DNA of 64,000 nucleotides from Lytechinus pictus (Eukaryota): NCBI RefSeq assembly GCF_037042905.1, contig NC_087252.1, positions 22,136,001 to 22,200,000 of the forward strand, read 5' to 3'. Shown piece by piece: positions 14,446 to 26,227 of this stretch (position 1 is its first letter; each line of letters starts with the position of its first letter). The notes under the pieces were generated by a model. It saw only the letters and a program-made list of their open reading frames with translations, ran no database searches and was not told where the DNA came from. The position numbers and the translations under genes were made by a program.

Positions 14446-15254
14446 TACAATAAAGGCATTTGTATTCATATTCTCCACATAAACCATGCCTGTTAACTGG
14501 TTTAGTGCATGCCTTACTGGAAAGAACAGTGTCCCACAGTGAGTGCCACAGTGTGTTCACAGTGTGGAATACAATGTGAAATCACTTTCACACTGTTAAA
14601 TTTTGGCTACTCGAATTAAAACAAATACATTTGTGCCACACCACGGTCGAAAATAGAGGGCTCTGGAACTAAATATTGGTCTTTAAAATGGGGGTCTCCA
14701 GAACGGCCCTTGAATAAATAATTGCTAAAATTGCCTTGTTTTGGAACTGACCAAATAAAAAAAAATGGGGGTCTAGCCCTGGAACTCATGACTCGGATCC
14801 TCGTCGATAGAGCTCGCCGTCCTGAGTAGTTAATCATGGGCGCGCACTGGCCACGAGAATACACAAATTTGAGGGTCACTGGAATGCGGGGAGAATATGA
14901 ATTTCTATGACTTTCTAAATTGGTGATGCTCGGGGACGGAAATTTAGGCTAAAAATTGGGGTCTCGACCGCGGCATATTATGTATCATACACTTATGCTA
15001 GCCCCCCCCCCCCGACCTAGGTTCCCAGGGACATGGATTGTCGACTTTACCAGGGCCCCGTTCCATAAAATTTACTATGGCAACTTGGCCATCCAATGGT
15101 AACTACCATGGCAACGATGCTCAACGGCCAATCAAAATCAGTTACAATTGGTTGGCAAAGTTACCAAAATGGTAACTGTATTCAACGTGGCCCTCAACTG
15201 AAATATGATTTACAAAGTGAAAAGCAAATGAATTGAAACTGTCCATTGGCCTAC

Positions 15255-15326
15255 CTTTCGCTGGGCCCTCTTTGACGGAAGTGCGCGGCACAAGATCATC
15301 CCCTCAGACCGACCCTCCCCATCAGA
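15255..15326 (-). CDS. Saposin precursor exon 8 (SapB-2 middle)
   Basis: acacag|SDGEGRSEGMILCRALPSKRAQRK|gtaggc; 5 of 6 differences from the paralog exon are synonymous in this frame. Confidence 0.87.
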
Positions 15327-15838
15327 CTGTGTTTCAAGATGCCAACATGGAAGAGAAAAACATCACCCAAAATAAGCTTTCATCGATATAACACGAGAAA
15401 ATTAAACTAAATAAACAAAAAACCCAAATTAGCAAAATGACAAATAAGAAAAAACCGAAAGAAATTATGGTTATATATGATATAATTTTTGAGACAAGCT
15501 GCATTTGCACTTCCGACAAATGCTCCTCCTGCAGCAGCCTGTTGCATAAAACTTTTTACCTGAGAAAACTCTGGTAAAAACTAAAAACTAAGGTTAGTCT
15601 GATTTCTGCCATTGACTTTAACACAGGACAAAAACTTACTCAGGTAAAAAGTTTTATGCAACAGGCCCCTGTAGTTTCTCTGAAGATGTAATGGGGGGGG
15701 GGGGGGGTGGAGTGGGGGGGGAGTTAAAGTTGTGATAAGAGGCTTAAGGCAAGGTTTGACGCTCGACATTCAGTAGGAGCAATTGTCGCGGAGCAAATAT
15801 GAAACAAATTTTTGATCAACACATTTGTCGTGACCTAC

Positions 15839-15895
15839 CTCATTGGTATTGGAGGGATCGAGATATTTTCGGAGTTTGCACACATCACACATCAG
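15839..15895 (-). CDS. Saposin precursor exon 7 (SapB-2 N-terminus)
   Basis: tttgcag|LMCDVCKLRKYLDPSNTNE|gtaggt; CxxC; conserved in the paralog. Confidence 0.86.
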
Positions 15896-16475
15896 CTGCA
15901 AAGGAAAGGAAACAAAACTGTCAAGAATATTATCATATAATCTGGCCTACATAATCTGACGCATTTTTATGTTAAACATTGATGTAGAGGCCTATTGTAT
16001 TTTTCTCCCTAAAAATTAAGAGAGAGTGAGACGGGCAGACATAGTGGGATGAAGGCAGAAAAATAAATTAGAAAGAGAAGTGACAGGTCGATAAAGAGAG
16101 ATGGAGACAAAGTCAGAGAGACAGAGCAAAAGAGAGAGAGAGAGAGAGACAGAGAGACAGAACAAGAAAGAGCTGGAAAGAGAGACGGGAAGAGAGGGGG
16201 AGAGAGAGTGGGGAGAGAGGGGGAGATATTGTAGTCTGTATATATGTACGACGTATTTTTTTTTTACATGATTTCATATTCTCTTACGCAGTTATGTTGA
16301 ACTTGATACTAATGAAATTAATTATTTTCACTTGTATTCAAAATACTGTATACACTATTCAGATGACGTTCAGTTGATGTTTCTTGAAATAATAATAATT
16401 GATCTCAAGAGGATGAAACAAAATATAATTTAGAGCTGCAAAGGACTTACTAATTAAGAGCAGCAAAGTACTTAC

Positions 16476-16588
16476 TTTCATTTCAGCTGCGGTCATGTTA
16501 GCATCCAGTCGTTCAGACAGATCATGGACAGCATTGGGCGTGTTATCCAGGTTCCTGAACTGATCGTACTCTTCCTCGTCATAGATCT
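16476..16588 (-). CDS. Saposin precursor exon 6 (acidic spacer)
   Basis: cacag|(E)IYDEEEYDQFRNLDNTPNAVHDLSERLDANMTAAEMK|gtaagt; conserved in the paralog at 58739-58851. Confidence 0.86.
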
Positions 16589-16669
16589 CTGTGTCAATAC
16601 GATTATATTTAATATGGAAGTAATAATAATAATGATGATGTTGATGATGATGATGGTGATAACATTAAT

Positions 16670-16942
16670 AATAATAGCTGGATTTATGAAGCGCTTTTTG
16701 CCTGAGGATACAAAGCGCTGCTATTATTATTACGCCGGCTTTAGCTCGAGCTACCATCACCGGCGCTCGGTGCATGCAAGGAATTATTCCTGCCGGGTAC
16801 CCATTGACCTCACTTGGGTCGAGTGCAGCACATAGTGTGGATAAATTTCTTGCAGAAAGAAAACACACCTTGGATAGGATTCGAACCCACGACCCTCTGT
16901 TTGAAAGGCGAAAGTCGGAACCACTAGACCGTGACGCGCCCA
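16670..16942 (-). mobile_element. tRNA-derived SINE (relatives at about 45410-45760, 48660-48900, 58930-59185)
   Basis: Minus-strand tRNA-like head with A box and B box (ggttcgaatcc-like), shared core tgcactcgaccca, and A/T-rich tail. Confidence 0.78.
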
Positions 16943-17012
16943 CATAGGTAGACGTCAAACAACACACTACGGTTCAAAAGCTGAAATGGTTGGAGCCTAC
17001 CTTGCATAACAG

Positions 17013-17169
17013 GGGAGCGTTTCATGAAAGGACTTGTCGGACGTTTTATCCGACAAGTCCCATTTTATCCGACAGTTACTATAGTAACAATGCCTCTCAG
17101 TCAATCAGAATCACGGAAAGTTGTCAGATCTGACAACTTGTCAGACAAAAATGTTGATGAAACGGTCCC
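17013..17169. mobile_element. Harbinger-type MITE (second copy at 27927-28066)
   Basis: GGGAGCGTTTCAT / ATGAAACGGTCCC; TSD CAG. The empty site ataacagaaatcaaag is present in the duplicate at about 59255. Confidence 0.9.
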
Positions 17170-18561
17170 CAGAAATCAAAGTGGATCCTAAATGAAGTAG
17201 GCCAAAAATGCATAGTCAGATGAGCCAATTCTGTATGTCCCCATGCGATAATCATTTAAAAAGGGAAATATAAATAACCACACCTCCTTCCCGGTGCTAT
17301 GGCTTTTCGTAGTTGATCGCGATTTTTTTTTTCAACCATTCAAAATTTATCTACGATCATCATGATTGCCACGACAGAACCTGATACGTTTTTGATACGA
17401 CTGCTTTGATTGTTCCACCATCAATCGAGACAGTAGCAACTATACATTAGGTATTACGAGCAATACGATTAACATGACTGAGTTGATAGGATCTGATAGG
17501 ATCACTCGATAGGATCACTCTCGACCCAGGTGTAGTAAATGGGTACCCGGTAGGAAGGAATTCCTTGAATACTCGATGCGCCCGATCAGGGTAGCCGTGC
17601 TATAAAGCCGGGGTAATAGTATGCAGCGCTTAGAAACATTTGTATTTAAGCGCTATATAAATGTTGCATATTATTATTATTATAATCTGATACGATCTTC
17701 TATGATCACTATAATTCTGCCACGAGTAAAGGCGACCGCACACTTTACGATAGGTCTGCGACCCGATTTCAGAATAAAATGTAGTAGAATTTGATGCTAA
17801 TATTGAGACTTGGAATATCTTACTGTGTAGTGTTCGAAATCATCATACCTATGTTCAAATCTGTGACTATGCTATCACCTTTCTTAGAATAAAAGCAAAT
17901 TTAATATCTAGTCGTAATGACGTCATAGCAGTCGTACTATTGGCTACGATTTGAAACTAATTTGGCCTTTACTCCAAAATAACGGCTTGCAATCTTTCAA
18001 AATGGTTTTATTAGTATTCTTTCATTTAATTCTAACCTAAAATAAAATGATATGTTCCATTCACATTTTCAGAAAATGAGCAAAGTGCGTTTTGTTCCAA
18101 AATCGGATCGCGAACAGTCGTGAGGTGTGCGGTGGCCTTTAGTCGATAGGATTCGATACGATCTTATACGGTCACTATGATCATGCCACGATTAAGACCA
18201 AGTTTTCCATTGTGACACAGATCGTGACAGTAGGAACTAGGTATTACGATCAATGCAATTACCATGACTGAGTCAATAGAATCTGATACGATCTTCTACG
18301 ATCTTTTACGATCACTATGATTATGCCATGAGTAAGAACAATGTTTCTATTGAGACGCAGATCCTGAAATGGATACTAGGTATTACGATCAATACAATTA
18401 CCATGACTGAGTCAATAGGATCTGATACGATCTTTTACGATCACTATGATTATGCCACGAGTAAGACCAATGTTTCTATCGTGACGCAACCCGTGGCAAT
18501 AGGAACGATGTGTAAATAAGATCTTACTACGAATATAACAACACTGACCCCTAACATTTAC

Positions 18562-18744
18562 CTCGTAGATTCCAATCTGTGGAGGAAATGGCACGCCTCT
18601 TTCGACCAGCCATATAGAGTGGAGCCATTGCCGTGCGCAGTACAGGCATGAGATGTTTGAGATGTTTCAAGAGAGGTGACAATTTGTGCCAAAGTTTCGC
18701 AATCCCACCTATGATCGCTGCTGCTCCTGTTACAAAACCTGCGC
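18562..18744 (-). CDS. Saposin precursor exon 5 (cationic amphipathic peptide + G-RKRR)
   Basis: ttctacag|(G)AGFVTGAAAIIGGIAKLWHKLSPLLKHLKHLMPVLRTAMAPLYMAGRKRRAISSTDWNLR+G|gtaaat; 183 nt, phase 1-1. Confidence 0.84.
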
Positions 18745-18905
18745 CTGTAGAATGTGAAAATTAATCGAGGCGACAAATTTAAGAGAAATGAAAAATATGT
18801 CATTCATACCAGTATTTTAGAATTGGTAAATGGTATTGATTTTTGTTTTTACCTGATTGGTAAGAAAGCACGAATGATTGTAAACTAGAAACCAGAGGAC
18901 CGACG

Positions 18906-20402
18906 CACAGTGGGCCAGAATGAACCCAAAGTGCGCTAAAACCCATTATTCACACATTTGTACGATGAAATTTGGTAGATATAGGGTAATTTCACCCGTA
19001 GAATTTAATAAAAGTATTTCCAAACAAAGTTATTCCGAATCAGAGTCTCTCTCTGCTATCTCACCAACTATTATGTCTTTGGTGAGAGGATCTTTTAGCA
19101 TACTTTGAACATCAGGGGGAAGAGGCTGTGATTGTTGTACTCTTAAAAACTTGCTTCTAATCACAATGTCACATGTTACCATTAGTATGTGGAATACATA
19201 TAAAGTCAATGAGAGTCACAAACCAAACAATCCTTGAAATGATGATATACAATTCCTTCTTAATCGATACTAACAATTATAGCAAATTTAGAATGAACCA
19301 AGAGATAAACGAATTCATACGTGTATGTGAAGTTACAAACCCTTTTGGGGGGATAAATACTAATAATGATAATGCAACTTATACATGTATAGAGCCCACG
19401 TATATCCCATCTCTGTCCCATGCACATTTTCATATTTTGGCAGAAAACTGCGTGAGACCTATCACATCCCTAGTTATGCGTGTTATAGCGTCACAGTAGC
19501 CCCTACTTGGTTTATTAACAATAAAACAAATTGATAATCTTATCCGGGAATCTTACCTTAAGAATTAATCTTCTCAGGATGACAGCATATCAGATATGGA
19601 ACACGGGATGGAAGAGTTTGACATCAAAATGAAGTTGTGTTACATGTATTATCATATAGTTAGTGGAAGTGGAAATGAAAGCTTGTCTAAATGTATGTTT
19701 AACGAAGATATTTTAGGCAGATACCAGTCACAAGAGCCTTACACTTGAGCCAGACATCCCCCCCTCTCTCTCTCTCTCACGCGACGGGGAGTTTGTTTAA
19801 TGTCACCCGCAACGTTCGACACGCGCATAATGGGACACTAACTTGGAACGATTTTTGTGATAAATACGGCGAACATGTGGTTGGAAAATTGGGTATATCT
19901 CCAGAAAATGCACGTATATTCAGCTAAATTTGGTATCAGTGTAAAGCATGAACTATAACAAAGACCGTCATGGTATTTACAGCGCAGCAATCGGCAGCAA
20001 TTTTTAAAAGAAATGCTCATGAAATTTTTTTGCTAAAACCCCCCATTGTCAAATGGTTTCGTCCAAAATTACCTCTGAAGGAATTATCATTTTATCTTGA
20101 AATTTTTTGATCACTTAATACAATTATTCATCAAGGAGTACCGTGAATTATGAATAAATTAAACAATCCGTTTTGTTAAAACAGTGAAATTTCTAAAAAC
20201 GTGTCATTTACACATGCGGTAGCCGTAAAGGGTAATTTTCCGGTAATATTGAATAAAATGGGCAACTAATAATCAATTCCATGGAGAAATATTGTATGGA
20301 GACATTCTTCAGGTTCTTATCTTTGCTTAGAACATGAAAAAAAATTGTTTCATGACCAAAAACCAGTTTTGGCGCAATTTTGCTCTCTCCTGGCCTACTG
20401 TG
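18906..20402 (-). mobile_element. Non-autonomous Transib DNA transposon
   Basis: Termini CACAGTGGGCCAG / CTGGCCTACTGTG with a 5-bp TSD CGACG on both sides. An internal minus-strand remnant resembles a Transib transposase C-terminus. Confidence 0.85.
19030..19200 (-). pseudogene. Transib transposase C-terminal remnant (frameshifted)
   Basis: YVFHILMVTCDIVIRSK / (frameshift) TTITASSPDVQSMLKDPLTKDIIVGEIAERDSDSE*. It resembles, from memory, the Transib C-terminal pattern DVFxRLLVSSDPxISS...SPEVxxLL...acidic tail. Confidence 0.6.
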
Positions 20403-20512
20403 CGACGGCTGAAAGTCCTCTGCGAGGGACCTGGTAATGAGGGTTTAAATGCTTTTTCCAAAGGGCACTAGCGCACCCGGAATACGGAGCTCCCGCTCTA
20501 CCGAGTACCGAC

Positions 20513-23500
20513 CTCGGAGGGGCCACTTTTATTGACGAGTGGATACCATGCGCGACCATGGGGTCTCGAAAAGCACCCTAAACACGTATTTTCCATGTTC
20601 TGAAAATGCACCCCTTAACATGTATTGGCGTGTGAAACCCTACCCTTAACAAAACAAAATGATACTATTGGCAAGTATTCCCCGAAGTGAACCCCTAAAC
20701 AAGTACAGTGATATTTCAATTGTTATGTCACGGGCGTCGGTCGTCGGTTTTACTTTTACCTACATCATTGGGTTTATTACATCCCCACCTCCCATACCTC
20801 GCGCAAATCACGTAGTGTTGACTCTTTGGGCAATAAGTACATCCTTTATCAAACATTTTAGTCTTATTTTTTATACCCTTGCAAATTTGACCCTAAACAC
20901 GTAGCCTTCCTAGCGAAAATAGATATATAGTCCGGGTTATAATTGAGCAAGGTGCCACTTGGAGAAGGAGAAATTTTCATATAGTGTCTCTAGACCAGTT
21001 TTTTACACTGAATATGAATATATGAGGTAAACAGGCTGTATCCTGAAAATTAACCCGTGAGGTCGCTTTTTTCAAAATGCCAAATTTTCATAAAATTTGA
21101 ATATTCGTACATAGATTTTGACATAAGCATCCAATTGCCATGAAATTAGTGTCATAATTATGAAAGCCAATTAAATTTCCTACAATTTGGTACTATTTAT
21201 AGGGGATAAGTAGGTCATTTAGCCGAGATTTTAAGTAGAAAACTGCATTAAAAAAAAAAAAATTTCCCCCAAAATTTAAAATTTGGCAAATACATGATTT
21301 TACATAATTCTAAGAAAAATGAATCAATTACATTGAAATGATCCTGAAAACTTTATTAATATATTATTATCACGTGGATGAAATTCCAACTCTGTATCAT
21401 TTTTCTAAGCAAATTTATAAGGTATCAAACTTGAATTCTTCAATATCAGAAATGTTGCTTTTTGTATGCATTTCCATAGACTAATACGTATAACATGTAT
21501 AATGCATGTATGTATAATGTTAACCGGTAGTTAAAAATTAAATGCAATTATCTCCGCTTTTTAACCACTTGGAGAGTTAAGAGTAGGCTTTCTTTATCAG
21601 CTACATAAAAAAATGTTGGCACAGGCATCAAAGCCTGACCCTCTCATGGGGGTGGGGTGTCGAAGTCACCCCCCCCCCCACTGCCCTTTGCTATATCATG
21701 TTGTTGTATATTGCCAATTTGTTAGAAAAATAACAGATTTTTTGGAGCACCCATGGAGGCAAAAACAGGCATTTCTGCTATACAGTACAGCCACTTTGAT
21801 TGCTTTGAAACCACTTGGAGAGGAACGAATAGGCTTTGTTCTACCAGCTATACATCTAAAGAAGTAGCACATCGAAGTCTACCCCTCTTGGGGGGAGGGG
21901 GGGAACATTTGCTTAATATTGCCATTTTATGTGAAAATTTACCATTTTGGACCCAACATTCAGGCCAAAAAGCGTTTGTGCTTTGTTGTACACCCCATTT
22001 TATTGATTTGAAATCACTTAGAGAGGAAAGAGTACAATAGAGTAGAGTTTATCAGCTACATATATAAAAGCGCTGGCATGTCGAACCCTAGCCCTCTCAG
22101 GGGATGTCTTAGTCAACCCCCCCCCCCCCTGTATATCATGTATATTGCCTATTTTATTGGATATTTCACCATTTTGTATCACCCATTGACAGAGGCAAAA
22201 GCGCGTTTCTACTATATAGTACAGCCAATTTTATTTTCTTGCAATGACTTGGAGAAGAAAGAGTAAAGACTTTGCTCTATCAGCTATAAAGAAGTGTTGG
22301 CAAATCGAAGCCTATCCCCTTCAGAATGTTCAGCGGGCTGTAGAATTTACCTTACCAATTTCCGGTATTTGACTATCTATTGGACATTCACAATTTTGGA
22401 TCACCTATTAAAGCAAAAAGGCGTTTCTACTATAGAGTACAGCAAATTCTATTTACTTGCAATGACTTGGAGAGTAAAGAGTAGGCTTTGCTCTATTAGC
22501 TCCATATAAAGAAGTGTTGGCAAATCGAAGCCTATCTCCTCCAGGCTGTAAAAGTTTCCTCACTAATTTTCGGTATTTGGCTACTTGTTGAAAATTCACT
22601 ATCGTGGAGCCCCCATTGAAGCAAAAAGGCGTCTCTGATATATAGTTCTGCCACTTTTATTGTCTTGAAACCGCTTAGAGAGGAAGGAATAGGCTTTGCT
22701 CTATCAGCTATAGAGATGTGTTGGCAAATAAAAGCCTACCCCCTTCTAGGGGCTGTCAAAATCACCCCCTCTTCCCATTGCATTATTACCTATTTATTGG
22801 AAAATTCACAATTTTTGAGCCCCCGTTGAGGTAAAAAAGAATATCTGATACATGTATATAGTTCTGCCACTTTTACTGCCTTGAAAGAGTAGGCGGACAG
22901 AATATGCTTTGCTCTATCAGCTACCTATAAAGAAGTGTTGGCACATTGAAGCTTACCCATCTGGGCGGCTGTCAAACCATTCCACCCCTTTTGCATTATT
23001 GCCTAATTATTTGAAAATTCACAATTTTGAGCCCCCATTGAGGCAATATGCACTTCTGCTGTATAAAAAACCCGATTTCATTTTCTTGAAACCATTTGGA
23101 GAGCAAAGAGTAGGTTCTCCTCTTTCAGCTATGTATGTTGAATTGCTGCCATCTCGACGCCTAACCCACTTCAGGGACTATAGCTGTAACCCCACCTTTT
23201 TTTTGCGATTTTTGCCAATTCATTGAAAAACTCGCCATTTTCGAGCCCCCATTGAGGCAAAAGGTGTTTCTGGTATATAGTAGAGCCACTTCTTTATATA
23301 ACTGATAAAGGAAAGCCTACTCTTTCAAGGTGGTAATAGTGGCAGAACTATGTATCAGAACCGCCTTTTTGTCTCAATGGGGGCACCAAAATGGTGAATT
23401 TTCAATAAATAAGCAATAATGAAAAGGGGGTGGGGTGATTTCAACAGTCCTCTGATGGGGATATGCTTTTTATGCAGCTGTTAAAGCAAAGCCTTTATTC

Positions 23501-25761
23501 TTTTCCCACCATGTGGTTTTAAGGGTGAAAAAATGCAGAAGTATATATCAGAAATACCCTTTTTGCCTCAATGGGGGCACCAAAATGGTGAATTTCAAGA
23601 GGGGGGGGGGGGGAGTAATTTCGACAGTCCCCTGAAGGGAGTAGGCTTTTATTTGCCAGCACATCTTTGTATGTAGCTGATAGAGCAAAGCCTATTGCCA
23701 TGATTGTTTCCTCTCCAAGTGGTTTCAATGTAGTAAAAAAGGCAGAGTTGTAATCAGAAATTACTTTTTGCCTCAATGGGGGTTTCAAAACGGTGATTTT
23801 TTTTCAATAAAATAGGCAATAATTCAAAAGGGATGGGGTGATTTCAACAGCCTCCCGGAGGGGGTAGGCTTTTATTTGCCAGCACTTCTTTATATGTGGC
23901 TGATAACGCAAAACCTATTCTTTCCTCCCTAAGTGGTTTCAAGGCAGTAAAAGTGGAAGAACTATATATCAGAACCGCCTTTTTGCCTCAATGGGGGCAC
24001 CAAAATGGTGAATTTTCAATGAATAAACAATAATGAAAGGGGGTAGGATGATTTCAACAGTCCTCTGAAGGGGATATGCTTTATATGTGGCTGATAACGC
24101 AAAACCTATTCTTTCCACCCTAAGTGGTTTCAAGGCAGTAAAAGTGGAAAAACTATATAGCAGAAACGCGTTTTTGCCTAAATGGGGGCTTAAAAATTTT
24201 AAATTTTTCAATAAATAAATAATGCGAAAGGAATGGGGTGATTTCAACTGCATCCCGGGGGGGGGGGGTAGGCTTTTATTTGCCAGCACTTGTTAATATA
24301 TAGCTCATATAGCAAAGTCTACTCTTTCCTATCCAAGTCATTGCAAGAAAATAAAATTGGCTGTACTTTATATAGTAGAAATGCCCTTTTGCCTCAATTG
24401 GTGATTAAAAATGGTGTAATTTTCAATAAATAGGCAATATACATGATATAGAGGAGGGGGGGGGGTGACTTTGACAGCACCTGAGAGGGCTAGGGTTCGA
24501 TGTGCATGCGCTTATTCATGTAGCTGGTAGAACGAACTCTACTCTTTCAAATCAATAAAATGGGGTGTACTGTAATGCACAAACGCTTTTTTGCCTCAAT
24601 GTTGGGTCCAAAATGGTGAATTTCCAAATGAATTAGCAATAAGCAAAAGGGGGAGGGGTGACCTCCATTACCCCCCCCCCCCCACCGAGAGAGGTAGGCT
24701 TCGATGGACTACTTCTTTTGATGTAGCTGGTAGAACAAAGCCTACTCTTTTCCTCTCCAAGTGGTTTTAAAGTAATTAAAGTGGCTGTACTGTATAACAG
24801 AATTGCCTTTTGCCTCAATGGGTGCTTCAGAAAATAGTGATTTTCCAATAAATACAACATGATATAGCCACGGGGGGGGGGGGGGTCTTCGACACCCCCA
24901 CCCCCATGAGAATGTTAGGCTTCAATGTGCCAACATATTCTTTTATGTAGCTGATAGAGAAAAGCCTACTCTTAACTCTGCAAGTGATTAACTAGCGGAG
25001 ATAATTGCATTAAAGTTTTAACTATACATTATACATACATATATTATACATGTACGTATTAGTCTATGGAAATGCATACAAAAAGCAACATTTCTGATAT
25101 TGAAGAATTCAAGTTTGATACCTTATAAATTTGCTTAGAAAAAATGATACAGGGTTGAAATTTCATCTATGTAATAATGATATATTAATAAATTTTTCAG
25201 GAACATTTCAAGGTAATTAATTTATTTTTCTTCGAATTATGTAAAATCACGTATTTGCAAAATTTCCAATTTCGGGGAAAAAATACAGAAAATGCAGTTT
25301 TCTACTTAAAATCTCGGTTAAATGACCTACTTATCCCCCTATAAATAGTACCAAATTGTAGGAAATTTAATTGGCTTTCATATGACACTAATTTCATGGC
25401 AATTGGATGCTTATGTCAAAATCTATGTACGAATATTCAGATTTTATGAAAATTTGGCGGCCATTTTGAAAAAAGCGCCCTCACGGGTTAATTTTCAGGA
25501 TACAGCCTGTTTACCTCATATATTCATATTCAGCGTACAAAATGGTCTAGAGGCACTATATGAACATTTCTCCTCCAAGTGGCACCTTGCTCAATTATAA
25601 CCCGGACTATAATACCCTTTTTTTCATTATTTTAGTGTTTTGACACCTTATTAGGTTACGTATGTAACGTGCCGTACCTTGAAAAAGACATCCTTTTTAC
25701 GTGTTTTTTTTTGGTCGCGCATGGTATCCACTCGTCAATGTAAGTGCTCCCCCCCCCCGGG
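20513..25761. mobile_element. CCCGG-ended non-autonomous DNA transposon (8-bp TSD), split by a foldback insertion
   Basis: TIRs ...cacttttattgacgagtggataccatgcgcgacca / tggtcgcgcatggtatccactcgtcaatgtaagtg; TSD GTACCGAC; an uninterrupted family member is at 30396-30959. Confidence 0.85.
20926..25611. mobile_element. 4.7 kb foldback-type DNA transposon (very long TIRs), superfamily uncertain
   Basis: Ends TATAGTCCGGGTTATAATTGAGCAAGGTGCCACTTGGAG and its exact reverse complement. About 650 bp of closely matching arms are followed by degenerate ~170-200 bp subrepeats that invert near 23300. The 3-bp TSD ATA is deduced from the empty site in the 30396 copy. Confidence 0.88.
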
Positions 25762-26227
25762 GTACCGACTGAGCTATCGCGCCTCTCAATTCTATAAATA
25801 GTTCATGTTTACGTTTTGTAATGTTCACTTGGTTTTTTTTTGTTGGTATGATTTTCAATGAATTTCCTTTTGTAGCAAGAATCGTCAAGTGGATCGATAT
25901 GGCGTTATGACACGATAGCGTAATTTCTTAGCGAACGCTTTCTGGACCGTTGAAAATTTATTGGAAATGCCCATCAAGTTACAGTGAACAGACCGGAGGT
26001 CATTGTCGAAAAATATGGACCAGGAGAGCAAATCGTCTTTAAAATTCGGACCAGACGTCAATTGCAAATGTTTCGTTTGCGCAAAGTCTAGGACGACACT
26101 GTTGTTCTAATTTTATCGATTTTCGACAAAGACTGCTTTGTTATGGAGGGCTTTTAACAATAGCTTATCAGCGTTGTAGAACGCATCTGCGTAGTGCTTG
26201 CGAAAATGCTCTATTGAGTGAACAGAC

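Larger units (their letters stand above)
10960..17622. repeat. Segmental duplication, copy 1 (paralogous to about 51490-59715)
   Basis: Colinear direct matches of unique-looking sequence, e.g. acagggaaacggaagactggtac at 10993/51519, exons 6-9 and their introns, and tataaagccggggtaatagtat at about 17600/59694. Boundaries are approximate. Confidence 0.9.

Noticed and set aside
16524..16967. Plus- and minus-strand ORFs of about 100 aa
   Set aside because: Antisense to exon 6 plus SINE sequence; the real frame is the spliced minus-strand exon.
17355..18500. Recurring atctgatacgatctt...cactatgattatgccacga units as a repeat-spacer array
   Set aside because: Degenerate tandem subrepeats of an old repeat interrupted by a SINE fragment and a MITE; the intervening sequences are homologous to each other.
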